This document shows positions 1 to 10,794 of a DNA stretch of 64,000 bases, in pieces (position 1 is the stretch's first letter; every line of letters starts with the position of its first letter). This DNA comes from Escherichia phage A5-4: sequence record OP744025. One strand, 5' to 3'. The notes under the pieces were generated by a model. It saw only the letters and a program-made list of their open reading frames with translations. It did no database searches and was not told the origin of the DNA. Position numbers and translations under genes: made by a program.

Positions 1-1488
1 ATGTCTGCTACATTCGCACCAGCGAGTCGAAAGCAACAAATGGTTCTCGAATCTGACGCACAAATAATGGTTATCGGTGGTGCAGCGGGATCAGGTAAGT
101 CCTACCTGCTCCAGTTGATGCCTTTGTTGATTGTAAACGACCCTAGAACAGCGTGTATCATGTTCCGTCGTACCGTCCCTCAGATTCGTGGACAAGGTGG
201 TTTGTTCGACAAAGCTAAGGATATTTACAACCAACTGCCTCCGGTAGTTAAGCCTAAGTTTAAAGAAAATGAAATGACTGCGACATTCCCTAACGGTGCA
301 ACCGTTAAGTGGCAGTCTATGCAACACGTAAGCGATAAATTCGATATTCAGGGGTTGGAGTTTACATTTATCGGTGTTGACGAAGGAACACAGTTTGAAT
401 GGGAACAATTGGAATATATGATGTCCCGTTTGCGTTCAAACTCCAAATACCCTTCTCGCATGGTGATCAGTTGTAACCCTGATCCTGACCATTATCTTCG
501 CAAGATGGTTGACTGGTATCTCGATAAGGATGGGTATCCTGATCCTGAAAAAGACGGTGTTATTCGTTATTTCGTCCGTGTGGATGACCAGTACATGTGG
601 GGAGATTCAATAGAGGAGTTGAAGAAACGTTATGGTAAGAAATGTAAGCCTGTATCGTTCACATTCATATCTTCCACTATTTATGACAACCCACCGATGC
701 TTATCAACAACCCCGAATACCTTGCTCAGTTGGAAGGTCTTAACGAGGTTGACCGTGCACGACTTCTTCATGGTAACTGGGATGCTCGTCCGCAGGGTGC
801 AAACTATTTTAAACGTTCTTTCCTCAAAAATGTAGATCATCTCCCGCTTAATTGCGACAAGGTTAGATCTTACGATAAAGCAGGTACAGAGCGTTCCACA
901 GGTAACAAAACACCTGACTTCACGGCAGGTATAGGTGTAGCGCGAGATCAGGATGGGTTCTACTACCTGTTCGGTGATTATTGTGATGAATTCGTTGATA
1001 CTGGCGATTGGTCCACTGGACAAGCCGGACGCTTCTGCAAAAAAGCAGGTGAGCGTGACAAGATTATTCTTAAACAGGCAATACATGACGGAGATGACGT
1101 TAGGATCATCTTCCCTGTTGACCCTGGTCAAGCAGGTCTATCCGAATTTACTACATCTTCTCGTGAGTTATTGAATCAAGGGTTCATGGTTGAGAAAGAC
1201 CCAACACCAGGTAACAAGAAGAAGCTTGTACGCTTCTCTCCGTTTGCTAACTTAGCACAGAACGGATTTGTACGGATTGTTGAGAAATCTTTTCCTATGG
1301 ACACATTAGAAGCTTTATTGAAGGAACTTGAATCTTTCGACGGTGAGAGGTCAACTGGATCACGTAAGGACGACTGGGTGGATGCCATCTCTTCGGGTAT
1401 TAACTATCTGGAGAAAACAGAAATTGTCCGTGCTGTTCCAATACCACGACCTCACGCCCCTACGATGTATTCCAGGTATAGACGATAA
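1..1488 (+). CDS. terL: Terminase large subunit
   Basis: Walker A GGAAGSGKS near N-terminus; 495 aa; immediately upstream of portal. Confidence 0.88.
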   Translation: MSATFAPASRKQQMVLESDAQIMVIGGAAGSGKSYLLQLMPLLIVNDPRTACIMFRRTVPQIRGQGGLFDKAKDIYNQLPPVVKPKFKENEMTATFPNGATVKWQSMQHVSDKFDIQGLEFTFIGVDEGTQFEWEQLEYMMSRLRSNSKYPSRMVISCNPDPDHYLRKMVDWYLDKDGYPDPEKDGVIRYFVRVDDQYMWGDSIEELKKRYGKKCKPVSFTFISSTIYDNPPMLINNPEYLAQLEGLNEVDRARLLHGNWDARPQGANYFKRSFLKNVDHLPLNCDKVRSYDKAGTERSTGNKTPDFTAGIGVARDQDGFYYLFGDYCDEFVDTGDWSTGQAGRFCKKAGERDKIILKQAIHDGDDVRIIFPVDPGQAGLSEFTTSSRELLNQGFMVEKDPTPGNKKKLVRFSPFANLAQNGFVRIVEKSFPMDTLEALLKELESFDGERSTGSRKDDWVDAISSGINYLEKTEIVRAVPIPRPHAPTMYSRYRR

Positions 1489-1503
1489 CTGAGGGGAATT
1501 ATT

Positions 1504-3036
1504 TTGAAGAAGAAGAATAAAGGTCGCAACACACAGGTTCGTAAAGCGACGAGCGAAGAATTAAACGTTGCTCGTTTACGAATGAGTGAGCAAGGTACTT
1601 TTGCTTTAGCTAAGGTTCAGGTGGAAACTGAACGTATGAAAGCTGAAGAAATTAAATGGCCTCAATTGATCGGTACGGTTGAAGCTATGAAACAAGATGC
1701 TACGGTAGCGACTGGTCTTGATATGCTTTACACTTTCGTAGAGAAAGCATTCAAGGACTTCAAAGTAATCCCTGGCAAATCTAAAGAGTCTCAAGACGCA
1801 GCAGAGTTCATTACCTTCTGCCTTCGTAACATGGAAGGTCAAACCCTGCGTCAATTTGCCCGTGACGCTGCCACATTTAACGAATACGGCATCTCTGTAG
1901 TTGAGAAGGTATATACTCAGATCCAGACTGGTGAATATGCAGGACGATTTAAGATTAAAAACCTTGCATTCCGTCCACAGGCTTCTCTGAGTCGTAAAAA
2001 CCCTCTCGTGTACAGCGATGATGGTTCTCGTGTTGTAGGTGTTAAGCAATCCCTTGATTCTTTCAAGAACTACACTGCCAGTCCTCTTGGCGCTTCTATT
2101 AGTGGCCTTATCGGCTCTCGTAAAGGCAATGACGTTGTAATCCCAGCAAACAAGCTGATGATCATGACTACTGGTGGTTCTTCTTCTCAAGCACTCGGCG
2201 TTTCCCCGTTGGTTGCTTGTTACCGACCTTGGCGTGAAAAGGTTCTTATTGAGAACCTCGAAGTTGTTGGTGCTACGAAAGACATGGGCGGCGTTATCGA
2301 ACTGAAGATTCCTTCTGCCATCCTTAACAAAGCTGCCATTGATCCTTCCAGCTACGAAGCAGAAATGGTTCAGGGTTTGATGATGGATGCTGCAAACGCC
2401 CACTCCGGTGAGCAATCTTTCTTTATGCTACCATCTGACGTTAAAGACAACTCACCTTTGTACTCAATGTCTCTGAAAGGCATTGATGGTATGGGTAAAC
2501 AGTACAGCACTCGCGACCTGATCAGTGATCGTAAGAAATCAATTCTTGATCGTTTAGGCGCAGGATTCTTGAACGTAGGTAATGATGCCTCTGGTTCATA
2601 CAACCTGTCGGAATCAAAACAAACTATCCATACTCAATTTGTACAACGTGTTAATGAAATTATCGCTGAAGCACTGAATGAAAACCTGCTCCCTCAGCTT
2701 CTGGCTCTGAACGGTATTCGTCTGGCAGAAAAAGAAATGCCATTCGTTAAATTTGGTCAGATCGTTGATACAGACATGGAAGGTTTCTCTAAAGCGGTTC
2801 AGCGTATGGGTGCTGTCGGCTACTTGCCTAAGACACCGGAAGTTATTAATCGCATTCTTGATGTTCTTGGAATCGATTATCAAGTTGGTGAAGATATTTC
2901 GCAAGAAGAACTTATGCTTCTCCTTGGAGATAATACCAGTCGTTCTGGAGATGGCTTTGCACAGGGGACTTCTGGAAACGGGACTGCAAAGATTAGCGGA
3001 ACAAGAGATAATTCAGTTTCTAATTTAGAAAATTGA
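1504..3036 (+). CDS. Portal protein
   Basis: 510-aa ORF directly after terminase; TTG start after GAGGGG RBS; position and size typical of portal. Confidence 0.7.
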   Translation: MKKKNKGRNTQVRKATSEELNVARLRMSEQGTFALAKVQVETERMKAEEIKWPQLIGTVEAMKQDATVATGLDMLYTFVEKAFKDFKVIPGKSKESQDAAEFITFCLRNMEGQTLRQFARDAATFNEYGISVVEKVYTQIQTGEYAGRFKIKNLAFRPQASLSRKNPLVYSDDGSRVVGVKQSLDSFKNYTASPLGASISGLIGSRKGNDVVIPANKLMIMTTGGSSSQALGVSPLVACYRPWREKVLIENLEVVGATKDMGGVIELKIPSAILNKAAIDPSSYEAEMVQGLMMDAANAHSGEQSFFMLPSDVKDNSPLYSMSLKGIDGMGKQYSTRDLISDRKKSILDRLGAGFLNVGNDASGSYNLSESKQTIHTQFVQRVNEIIAEALNENLLPQLLALNGIRLAEKEMPFVKFGQIVDTDMEGFSKAVQRMGAVGYLPKTPEVINRILDVLGIDYQVGEDISQEELMLLLGDNTSRSGDGFAQGTSGNGTAKISGTRDNSVSNLEN

Positions 3037-3102
3037 TCTTTGATTTAAATCAGACTCTTGCAAAACGAATCGTTCAGTGTTAAAATAAATATCACGGGAG
3101 CA

Positions 3103-3675
3103 ATGATGGAAAACATTACTATCTCCGACCTTCCTTCACAAACCTATCTGTCCCGAATTCAAAAGGGACGGGCTGTGAAAAAGGCCAATGAGCTACTTAA
3201 GCAGGGCTTCAATAAAGAAGCTTCTATTTCTGGAGCCATTGGCTCCGTTCTTGTTCAGAAATCTGCACAGAAAGAAGAGATGATTTCTTACGAAATTATC
3301 TACGAACCTGATACGCCGGATGCTCATGGACAATGGATGAGTAAAGAGACATTAGTTAAAGCACATGCAGATTTCAAGAAAGCTCAAGAAATCGGTGCGG
3401 TAACTGAAAACTTGTACCACTTGGTTGATACCGAAGCATTCAAGATCATAGATCATTGGATTCAGCCAGAAATTGATGTAACTGTCACACAAACAGGAGA
3501 AATCATAAAAGCAGGGTCATGGGTAGCAAAGGTTCAATATTCACCTGAAGTATGGGAGTTAAAGAAAGCTGGCATCGTCGGTGGATTATCTCTTCAGTGC
3601 GGTGGTATGTTGAATGAGGAAACAAATGAGCTATCCGATCTTGATTTCAGTATCGAATTGGAAGAGGAAGAATAA
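3103..3675 (+). CDS. XkdF-like putative prohead protease
   Basis: Motifs DAHGQW, GSWVAKV, GIVGGLSLQCGG resemble XkdF/DUF2213 family; ATG at 3103 after GGGAG RBS preferred over track TTG at 3058. Confidence 0.5.
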   Translation: MMENITISDLPSQTYLSRIQKGRAVKKANELLKQGFNKEASISGAIGSVLVQKSAQKEEMISYEIIYEPDTPDAHGQWMSKETLVKAHADFKKAQEIGAVTENLYHLVDTEAFKIIDHWIQPEIDVTVTQTGEIIKAGSWVAKVQYSPEVWELKKAGIVGGLSLQCGGMLNEETNELSDLDFSIELEEEE

Positions 3676-4769
3676 TGATTAAGACCCTTATAGAGAAAGG
3701 TCGCCAGATTAAATCTCGCGGAATTGCTCTAACTCACCGAGATCAAGGCTACAGTGCGAATAACCGCCACGTAAGCCTCCTCACTAAATCTGACATTGAC
3801 CCTAGCAAACTTACGGTTGATGTTATCAAAGCCCTTGAGCAAGTTCAAGTAACTATCAGTATGGAAGAGTTTTTACGTCGCTTCTTCCACATGTATTGTG
3901 ATGATGCTGAGTTACTTACTAAGCTGCTGGGCTTCACAACTAACTTCGAAGACGAATATGCTGATAAAGATCCTGAAGACTTGGATTCTTATACGGCTGA
4001 TTACATCCGTCGTCATCAAGAATATCTCGATGAGAAGCTTGAAACAATCACTATCATCAAGAAAGCAAAAGAAGGTGCTGACCTTTCTCTCGTTGAACGC
4101 TTCGAGTTAATTAAGACTCGCAAGCAGTTTGAAGACGGATGTAAAGAATTGGGCCTTGACTTTGGTGACAATTCAGAATTACGCAAACCAGAAACTGGTG
4201 AAGTAGTTAAATCAGCTACTAAGCCTGAACCTGTAAGCTCCGCTGGAGCGACCACAACCATCAAGGAGACTCCTGTGGAAAAAGAAGTAGATGTAACCAA
4301 GTCCCAACAATTCATTGATCTGATGAAAGCTAATGAAGCGTTGATGGCTCAGGTTGAAGGTATGAAAGAAACCTTCACCGCTGCTCAAGAAATCGTTAAA
4401 GCTCAGGCTGTTGCAAAACGTGAAGTTGCCTTGAACAAAGCTGCAAGTTTTGGTTTTGTTGCTGATGACCAACGTGAAGCTGTTGCTGACCTGATCGAAG
4501 ACCCAGCTAAAGCATCTGTTGTTGCTGTGCTGGAAAAAGCTGCTGCTGCTCTTAAAGAGAAAGACGAAGCTCTCGTCGCTAAAGATGCAGAAATCGAAGA
4601 GATCAAAAAATCCTTCGCTGACGGCAAAGAAGTAGGTGCTGATGGTCAACTGACTGAAGTTGCTAAAGGCTCTGAAGACGCTCAGGCTCGTTTGAACCGA
4701 GTAATCGCAGAACGTGCAGCAGAGATCGCTAAGGCTGCTAACGGCAATGCTGAATTTATTAACGCCTAA
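3675..4769 (+). CDS. Scaffolding-like coiled-coil protein
   Basis: A/E/K-rich acidic coiled-coil C-terminal half; between protease-like gene and capsid genes. Confidence 0.55.
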   Translation: MIKTLIEKGRQIKSRGIALTHRDQGYSANNRHVSLLTKSDIDPSKLTVDVIKALEQVQVTISMEEFLRRFFHMYCDDAELLTKLLGFTTNFEDEYADKDPEDLDSYTADYIRRHQEYLDEKLETITIIKKAKEGADLSLVERFELIKTRKQFEDGCKELGLDFGDNSELRKPETGEVVKSATKPEPVSSAGATTTIKETPVEKEVDVTKSQQFIDLMKANEALMAQVEGMKETFTAAQEIVKAQAVAKREVALNKAASFGFVADDQREAVADLIEDPAKASVVAVLEKAAAALKEKDEALVAKDAEIEEIKKSFADGKEVGADGQLTEVAKGSEDAQARLNRVIAERAAEIAKAANGNAEFINA

Positions 4770-4789
4770 TTATTGAGGAAACGAATAGA

Positions 4790-5221
4790 ATGGCTAAAGC
4801 ACATGTTGTAACTCTCGAAGGTAACTACTCTGATATCGTACTGGGCCGTGTTGTTGCATTTGGTGACACTGGTTGGAACTTTGAAGAATTAGAAATGGAT
4901 TATACTGCTGATCTGGTCGCAGGTCTGCTGGTTAAAGCTGATGGTACTCCGGCTGCTGTTGCAGACGCTGCTGACGTTTACGGTGTTCTGGTTGACCGTA
5001 AAGTTCTGCCTGGTGTTACCAAGCATGACGGCGCTACCCCGATGGCTGGTGAGAAGCTTCCTATGACTATCGCTGTTCGTGGTCTGACCCTGAACGCAAC
5101 CAAACTGGTCTACGCTGACGGTACTGCAATTGACGCTGCTGGTCGCCTAGCTCTGTCTAAAGCTGGTAACCAAGTAACTGATCGTGTAGTAGCTACCGAA
5201 TTCCTCGGCGCTGTCCTGTAA
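4790..5221 (+). CDS. Putative head decoration or capsid accessory protein
   Basis: 143-aa Ala/Gly/Val-rich protein immediately upstream of major capsid gene. Confidence 0.4.
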   Translation: MAKAHVVTLEGNYSDIVLGRVVAFGDTGWNFEELEMDYTADLVAGLLVKADGTPAAVADAADVYGVLVDRKVLPGVTKHDGATPMAGEKLPMTIAVRGLTLNATKLVYADGTAIDAAGRLALSKAGNQVTDRVVATEFLGAVL

Positions 5222-5244
5222 CTTTTTCGAAGGAGAATATTTAA

Positions 5245-6240
5245 ATGCAAAATGGTGATTTTCAAATCCTGGATTACACTGGCCTGATCTCTACTCTGCC
5301 GCGTGTTGATACCCTGCTTCAAAGCATGAACCTGTTCACTGAGAACTTTGGTCGTACTACTATCGCTAAAATCGAACGTCGTGATGACGGTGCTGGTCAG
5401 ATCAATGCTGTACAGCGTGGTAGCGTTCGTCAGCACCTGGGTAATGATCGTAAAAAGATCGTAAACCTGAACATCCCGTTCTTCCCTCTGGACCGTTCTA
5501 TCGACCGTGCAGACATTCAGAACTTCCGTGAATTCGGTACTGACAACGCTCCGGCAACTGTTGAAGCTGAAGTGGCTCGTCACTTGGCCCGTATTCGTCG
5601 TAGCCATGCAGTTCTGAAGTCTAAAGCAATGTACGCTGCTCTGAAAGGTACTTCCTGGTCGCCAAATGATCCGGTTTGTGATTACGACTACTACGATGTT
5701 TGGGGTGTAACCCAGCAGACTGCTGATGTTGACTTCACCTCTCTGGCTGTTGACCCGATTGAAGTGCTGGAAGCTGAAGCTCGTGCACATATCATCGATT
5801 ACGCAGGTGATCAAGGCGACAACTACGAGATCGTTGTTATGGCATCCCGTCAGTGGTTCTCTGCTCTGATTTCTCACCCGCAGGTAACTGGTGCATACTC
5901 TCAGTATCCGTCTACTCAGGAAATCCTGCGTCGTCGTCTGGGCGGTAATGCTAATAACCGTATCTTCGAACACAAGAACATCCTGTTCATCGAAGACATT
6001 TCCGGTAACATCCCTGCTGGTGAAGCATACATCTTCCCTCGTGGTATCGATCGTATGTTCGAAATCTATTACGCGCCGAGCGACACTCTGGAAGGTGCTA
6101 ACCAAGTAGCTCAGGAACTGTATGTATTCTTCAAAGAATCTCAGTACCTGCGTGAAGCGAAGATCGAATCTGAAACTTCCTTCCTGACTGTTAACAACCG
6201 TCCTGAACTGGTAGTTAAGTCTGTTGGTAAGTTTGAGTAA
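5245..6240 (+). CDS. Major capsid protein (lambda gpE-like)
   Basis: 331 aa; strong RBS; followed by strong terminator; gene order matches lambda C/Nu3/D/E; resembles E-type capsid proteins. Confidence 0.75.
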   Translation: MQNGDFQILDYTGLISTLPRVDTLLQSMNLFTENFGRTTIAKIERRDDGAGQINAVQRGSVRQHLGNDRKKIVNLNIPFFPLDRSIDRADIQNFREFGTDNAPATVEAEVARHLARIRRSHAVLKSKAMYAALKGTSWSPNDPVCDYDYYDVWGVTQQTADVDFTSLAVDPIEVLEAEARAHIIDYAGDQGDNYEIVVMASRQWFSALISHPQVTGAYSQYPSTQEILRRRLGGNANNRIFEHKNILFIEDISGNIPAGEAYIFPRGIDRMFEIYYAPSDTLEGANQVAQELYVFFKESQYLREAKIESETSFLTVNNRPELVVKSVGKFE

Positions 6241-6258
6241 TCTTAATAACTAATTAAA

Positions 6259-6284
6259 GGTCACCTTCGGGTGGCCTTTTTTAT
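6259..6284 (+). terminator. Rho-independent terminator after capsid gene
   Basis: GGTCACC-TTCG-GGTGGCC hairpin followed by TTTTTT. Confidence 0.75.
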
Positions 6285-6364
6285 TATGCCTGTACAATTT
6301 AACCAAAATAGTGTACCATTATAAGATAGGCTATTAATCTAATCAATGACGAAGGAGTTATTTA

Positions 6365-6949
6365 ATGTCTAAGCAAACTCACTTGGAAGTCTTTAAGAGT
6401 GAATATCACATGCTCAAGTTCTTTGGTGAATATCTTGAAAAACTTGATGTAAACACCTCTGCACGTTTAGGTGCATTCCTTTATAGTTACGACGGTAAAC
6501 TGGTTCTTGCTCGTGGACTTTACGATTTCCTAACCCAAATGGAAAAGATGACCGCTCTCGGCATCGATACTATGGCTTCTGCACAAAAAGGTACAAGTTT
6601 CTTAGTGTTTTTCAAAGAAAAACCTAAAGACCCTTTAAAATTTCGATTAGATGTTAAGAAAATCGAGGCTGTTAAAGAAGCTATCGTTGCTGACACCCCG
6701 TCTAAGGTAATGGAAGAGTCTGTTCTTGTCAATACCAAAGTTGAAGAAGTAGAAGTAAAGGCAGAATCATCTGACCGTACTGAAGAAGAAAAAGCACAGA
6801 TCTTGACTAAAGCTGAAGAACTGCGTGATGACAGCAAAAAGGCTGCATCTAAGGCTGCATTGGAAGCTTTCGCTGTGGAATATGGTATTTCACTGAGCAA
6901 AGGCAAAACCTTTGATGGGATGCTTGAAGATTTAGCTGCTGCACTATAA
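6365..6949 (+). CDS. Hypothetical structural-module protein
   Basis: 194-aa ORF with AGGAG RBS; acidic Lys/Glu-rich C-terminus. Confidence 0.6.
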   Translation: MSKQTHLEVFKSEYHMLKFFGEYLEKLDVNTSARLGAFLYSYDGKLVLARGLYDFLTQMEKMTALGIDTMASAQKGTSFLVFFKEKPKDPLKFRLDVKKIEAVKEAIVADTPSKVMEESVLVNTKVEEVEVKAESSDRTEEEKAQILTKAEELRDDSKKAASKAALEAFAVEYGISLSKGKTFDGMLEDLAAAL

Positions 6950-7002
6950 TCCCACCTCATGCCCCTGTTCAGGGGCTTAAAATCCCTAGGAGAATTTTAT
7001 AA

Positions 7003-10000
7003 ATGGCTGAATATAATGATAAGGTCGTGGAAGCATTCGTTACTGCCCCAGATCCTGTCGTAACTACCACTGGTGGTGGAGTTATTTTTGACGGTATTGA
7101 AACAGAAGATACTGTATCAACCCTGCTGATTGGTGATGGTACTGCATCCTCCCCTTTACAAGCGCAAGTCAAACTTTCTCGCCGTGCTGGTAACGCCCTG
7201 ACTATCGTTCAATCCGATACCGAGCAAGGCTTGTTTGCTACTGCCGGAGATGCTAAAGTTTCAGCTTCTCAAGTGAACATTGCAAAATACGTAACTGCGG
7301 AAGAAGCTGCTGCACAAGGCGATGCAGGTCTGGAAGGTATTTTGGTAGAGCCTGTCCATGCGACCACCACCGCAGTTGGCGATGCCTTGGAAATTACCGC
7401 AGATCCTTTGACGGCTAAAAAATCCCGCATTTCCCTGAAAGTTTCCCCTTCCGCAACCAACGCGTTATCTGTAGAGTCAGATGGATTGGCAGTTAAAGTC
7501 TCTCCTGCCGTTGACAACAGCCTGCAAGTCCGTGAAGGTGCACTTTACGTAGCTCCTGTTGGTGCTGATATTTCTCAAGACCCAGGTAACAAACTGGAAC
7601 AGCGTTCAGATGGACTGTTCGTAGAAACCATCAAAGGCGACAAAGGTGATCAGGGCGAGCAAGGACCAGAAGGTCCTCAAGGCCCAGCAGGGGAAGCTGG
7701 ACCTGCTGGACCACAGGGTGAAAAAGGCGACAAAGGCGATCAAGGTGAAGTCGGCCCTGCTGGCGCAACTGGCCCTGCTGGCCTGACTGGTGCAACTGGT
7801 CCTCGTGGTATAGAAGGACCTCGTGGCCCTGCTGGTATTGGTATTAATATCCTAGACACCCTTGCATCTGAAGACCAATTACCTTCTGTTGTTGATCTTT
7901 CGAATGGGGATACCTATGTAATAGGACAGAGTTTCTTTACCGTTATCACTGAAGGTGGTATCAAACAATGGAGAAACGTAGGTAACTTCGCTGGACCTGA
8001 AGGTCTTTCTGCATTTGAAGTTGCTGAAACCGCAGGCTTTGTTGGAACAGTTGATGACTGGTTGGCTACCCTTCGTGGTGCTGATGGAATCGGTCTGCAA
8101 TTACTCGGTTCTTTCCAACGAATTGAAGACCTTCCGGCAGAAGAGAACAACCCAGGCGATGCCTACATCATTCAAGAAAAGATGTATGTTTGGACTGGTG
8201 ATACAGATGGCTGGCAACCTGTAGGACAGATCGGTCCTGAAGGTCGTTCTGCTTATCAGGTCTGGCTGGCTAACGGGAACGTAGGTTCTCAGCGTGAATT
8301 CCTTGAATCACTGAAAGGTGAGAAAGGTGATACTGGCGATCAGGGTCCTCAGGGTATCCCAGGTGCAGATGGTAAAAATGCTAACGCCATTAATATCTTA
8401 GGTTCCGTTGCAGATCAGGCGAGTTTGCCAGAAGGTGCAGATGCAGGTGATGCTTACCTGATCGGTACTAACGTATTCGTTTCTGATGGTGCTGGCAACT
8501 GGCAAGACTTGGGATCTTTCCAAGGTCCGCAAGGTCCTACTGGTGCTAAAGGCGACAAGGGGGACAAAGGGGACAAAGGGGACAAAGGCGATAAAGGTGA
8601 TGACAACTATGCCATCGCAGTTGCTAACGGTTTCCAAGGATCAGTAAATGAATACCTTGCATCTATCAAGGGTGAGAAAGGTGACGTTGGTGCAACTGGC
8701 CCTCGTGGATTAGCTGGTCCACAAGGTGAACAAGGTCCTGTTGGTGCGGGTCTGAATATCCTTGGCTCAGTAGCTTCCGAAGACCAATTGCCTCAGACTG
8801 GTATTAGTGAAGGTGATGCTTATCTGATTGAAGCTGATCTTTATATCTTTACTGGTGGTCAGTGGACTAACGTTGGTAACATCAAAGGTCCCCAAGGGGA
8901 TGTAGGACCACAAGGTCCACAAGGTCCTATTGGTCTGACTGGTGCACAAGGACCGCAGGGTGCAACAGGGGCACAAGGTCCTGCTGGTCCCCAAGGTGAG
9001 ACTGGTCCACAAGGTGGTATTGGTCCACAGGGCGAGACTGGCGAGAAAGGTGACAAGGGCGATAAGGGTGATACTGGAATTGGTATCGTTGCTCGTGGTA
9101 TTGTTGCAACTCAAGAAGCACTTCCTGCCGATGCCACCACTGGTGACTTCTACGTTGTAGAGTCTGAAGGTAATGGTTATGCTTGGGACGGCACTGCATG
9201 GGTACTGACTGGTCTTACTCGTGGACCTCAGGGTCTGAAGGGCGACAAAGGCGACACTGGTGAGAAAGGAGACAAAGGAGACAAAGGCGACGCAGGTGAT
9301 GCACTGAAGCTGAAAGGTTTGGTTGCAACCTCCACTGAACTTCCTTCTACTGCTGAATTAGGTGACTTCTACGTAGCTGAAGACACTGGGATCGGTTACG
9401 CTTGGGATGGCGTGGAATTCGTTTCTGCCGGAACCGTTAGAGGACCGCAAGGTGAAGTAGGGCCTCAGGGTGAAATTGGTCCTCAAGGACCGCAAGGCGA
9501 GAAGGGAGATGCTGGCGACCAAGGACCTCAAGGATTGGTCGGTGAAACAGGTGCAAAAGGTGATAAAGGGGATAAGGGTGACGTTGGCTCTGGTCTGATT
9601 CCGAGAGGAACTTTACCGTCTCAAGCAGACCTTCCTCAAACTGGTGAAGTTGGTGACTTCTACGTAGCTAACGATACTGGTATTGGATATGCTTTTGACG
9701 GAACTACATTCGTAGAAGCTGGCGTTGCCCGTGGTCCACAGGGTGAACAAGGACCTCAGGGTGAACAGGGACCTCAAGGTCTTAAAGGGGATACTGGTGA
9801 AACAGGTGCTCAGGGACCTCAAGGTGCTCAAGGTGAGAAAGGTGATACCGGAGAACGTGGAGAGGTAGGTCCGCAAGGTGATCAGGGTCCGCAAGGTGAG
9901 CAAGGTCCTCAGGGTGATATCGGACCAGGTGTAGAGATCATTGGACGATTTGATACCTCTGATGAATTACCTTCCACGGGTACTTTGGGTCAAGGTTACC

Positions 10001-10794
10001 TTATCCAAGGCGACTTCTGGGGTTGGACTGGTGCAGCATACGAGAACTTGGGTCGTATTCAAGGTCCGGTTGGACCAGTAGGTCCTACGGGTGACCAAGG
10101 ACCACAAGGCCCTGTCGGTAACAAAGGCGATAAAGGCGACCAAGGGACCCTTTGGGTAGTTTTTGCTCGTGCACCAATGGTGAGCGATGGTCGTGTTAAC
10201 GACCTGTACCTCAACTCTTCCACTCTGGAATATTACCGTAAAACTTCCGCAACGAACTGGGCACTGCTCGGATTCTTAGGTGGTGGTAACGTGTATGACG
10301 CACCAGGGGACGGAAAGCTGTATGTCCGTACTGATGGTGGTTGGGTTGAATTACCTACCGCAGAAGTTCTGGAAGCACCTCGTGATGGTAACCAATACGT
10401 CCGTAAAGACGGCGCTTGGACAACTGTTACAGTTCCTGTAACGGAAGCACCACTTGAAGGTGGATTCTACGTCCGTGAAAATGGTGCGTGGGTTAAACTG
10501 GATCAGTACGATTTACGTGTTGTTGCTTCAACTGGTGCAATTGATGCAAGCTCTGGTAATGCTTGGACTTTAGATGGTACAACCAACAAGTCCTTGACTA
10601 TCACCGGATTGCCAGCAGGAAGGGCTAAAACCATAGTTTTACGATTCACTGGTAACGGTGGTCAGATTAACTGGGATAGCCAGATCGCTTGGTCTAACGG
10701 AACAGCACCTACTCTCGGGGCTACTCGCACTATCCTAACCTTGTTCTGGGATGGTGAGTTCCTGACGGGTACTCAAGCAATGACTATAGGTTAA
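7003..10794 (+). CDS. Collagen-like repeat structural protein (modular fibre)
   Basis: 1263 aa; many Gly-X-Y runs (GDKGDKGD, GPQGPQG) alternating with about eight ~45-aa modules carrying SAYQVWL / EFLESLKGEKGD fibre-repeat signatures; non-collagen termini. Confidence 0.85.
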   Translation: MAEYNDKVVEAFVTAPDPVVTTTGGGVIFDGIETEDTVSTLLIGDGTASSPLQAQVKLSRRAGNALTIVQSDTEQGLFATAGDAKVSASQVNIAKYVTAEEAAAQGDAGLEGILVEPVHATTTAVGDALEITADPLTAKKSRISLKVSPSATNALSVESDGLAVKVSPAVDNSLQVREGALYVAPVGADISQDPGNKLEQRSDGLFVETIKGDKGDQGEQGPEGPQGPAGEAGPAGPQGEKGDKGDQGEVGPAGATGPAGLTGATGPRGIEGPRGPAGIGINILDTLASEDQLPSVVDLSNGDTYVIGQSFFTVITEGGIKQWRNVGNFAGPEGLSAFEVAETAGFVGTVDDWLATLRGADGIGLQLLGSFQRIEDLPAEENNPGDAYIIQEKMYVWTGDTDGWQPVGQIGPEGRSAYQVWLANGNVGSQREFLESLKGEKGDTGDQGPQGIPGADGKNANAINILGSVADQASLPEGADAGDAYLIGTNVFVSDGAGNWQDLGSFQGPQGPTGAKGDKGDKGDKGDKGDKGDDNYAIAVANGFQGSVNEYLASIKGEKGDVGATGPRGLAGPQGEQGPVGAGLNILGSVASEDQLPQTGISEGDAYLIEADLYIFTGGQWTNVGNIKGPQGDVGPQGPQGPIGLTGAQGPQGATGAQGPAGPQGETGPQGGIGPQGETGEKGDKGDKGDTGIGIVARGIVATQEALPADATTGDFYVVESEGNGYAWDGTAWVLTGLTRGPQGLKGDKGDTGEKGDKGDKGDAGDALKLKGLVATSTELPSTAELGDFYVAEDTGIGYAWDGVEFVSAGTVRGPQGEVGPQGEIGPQGPQGEKGDAGDQGPQGLVGETGAKGDKGDKGDVGSGLIPRGTLPSQADLPQTGEVGDFYVANDTGIGYAFDGTTFVEAGVARGPQGEQGPQGEQGPQGLKGDTGETGAQGPQGAQGEKGDTGERGEVGPQGDQGPQGEQGPQGDIGPGVEIIGRFDTSDELPSTGTLGQGYLIQGDFWGWTGAAYENLGRIQGPVGPVGPTGDQGPQGPVGNKGDKGDQGTLWVVFARAPMVSDGRVNDLYLNSSTLEYYRKTSATNWALLGFLGGGNVYDAPGDGKLYVRTDGGWVELPTAEVLEAPRDGNQYVRKDGAWTTVTVPVTEAPLEGGFYVRENGAWVKLDQYDLRVVASTGAIDASSGNAWTLDGTTNKSLTITGLPAGRAKTIVLRFTGNGGQINWDSQIAWSNGTAPTLGATRTILTLFWDGEFLTGTQAMTIG
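8551..8604 (+). repeat. Tandem 9-bp coding repeat (GDK)n
   Basis: ggcgacaag/ggggacaaa units repeated about six times within the collagen gene. Confidence 0.8.

Noticed and set aside
1606-2415. 269-aa minus-strand ORF inside the portal gene
   Set aside because: Antisense to the portal ORF within the late operon; no independent support.
5110-6105. 331-aa minus-strand ORF antisense to the major capsid gene
   Set aside because: Same reasoning; the plus-strand capsid ORF has an RBS and terminator.
8551-9300. CRISPR-like repeat array
   Set aside because: The regular repeats are 9-bp coding repeats for Gly-Asp-Lys collagen triplets inside a long ORF, with no spacer-repeat organisation.
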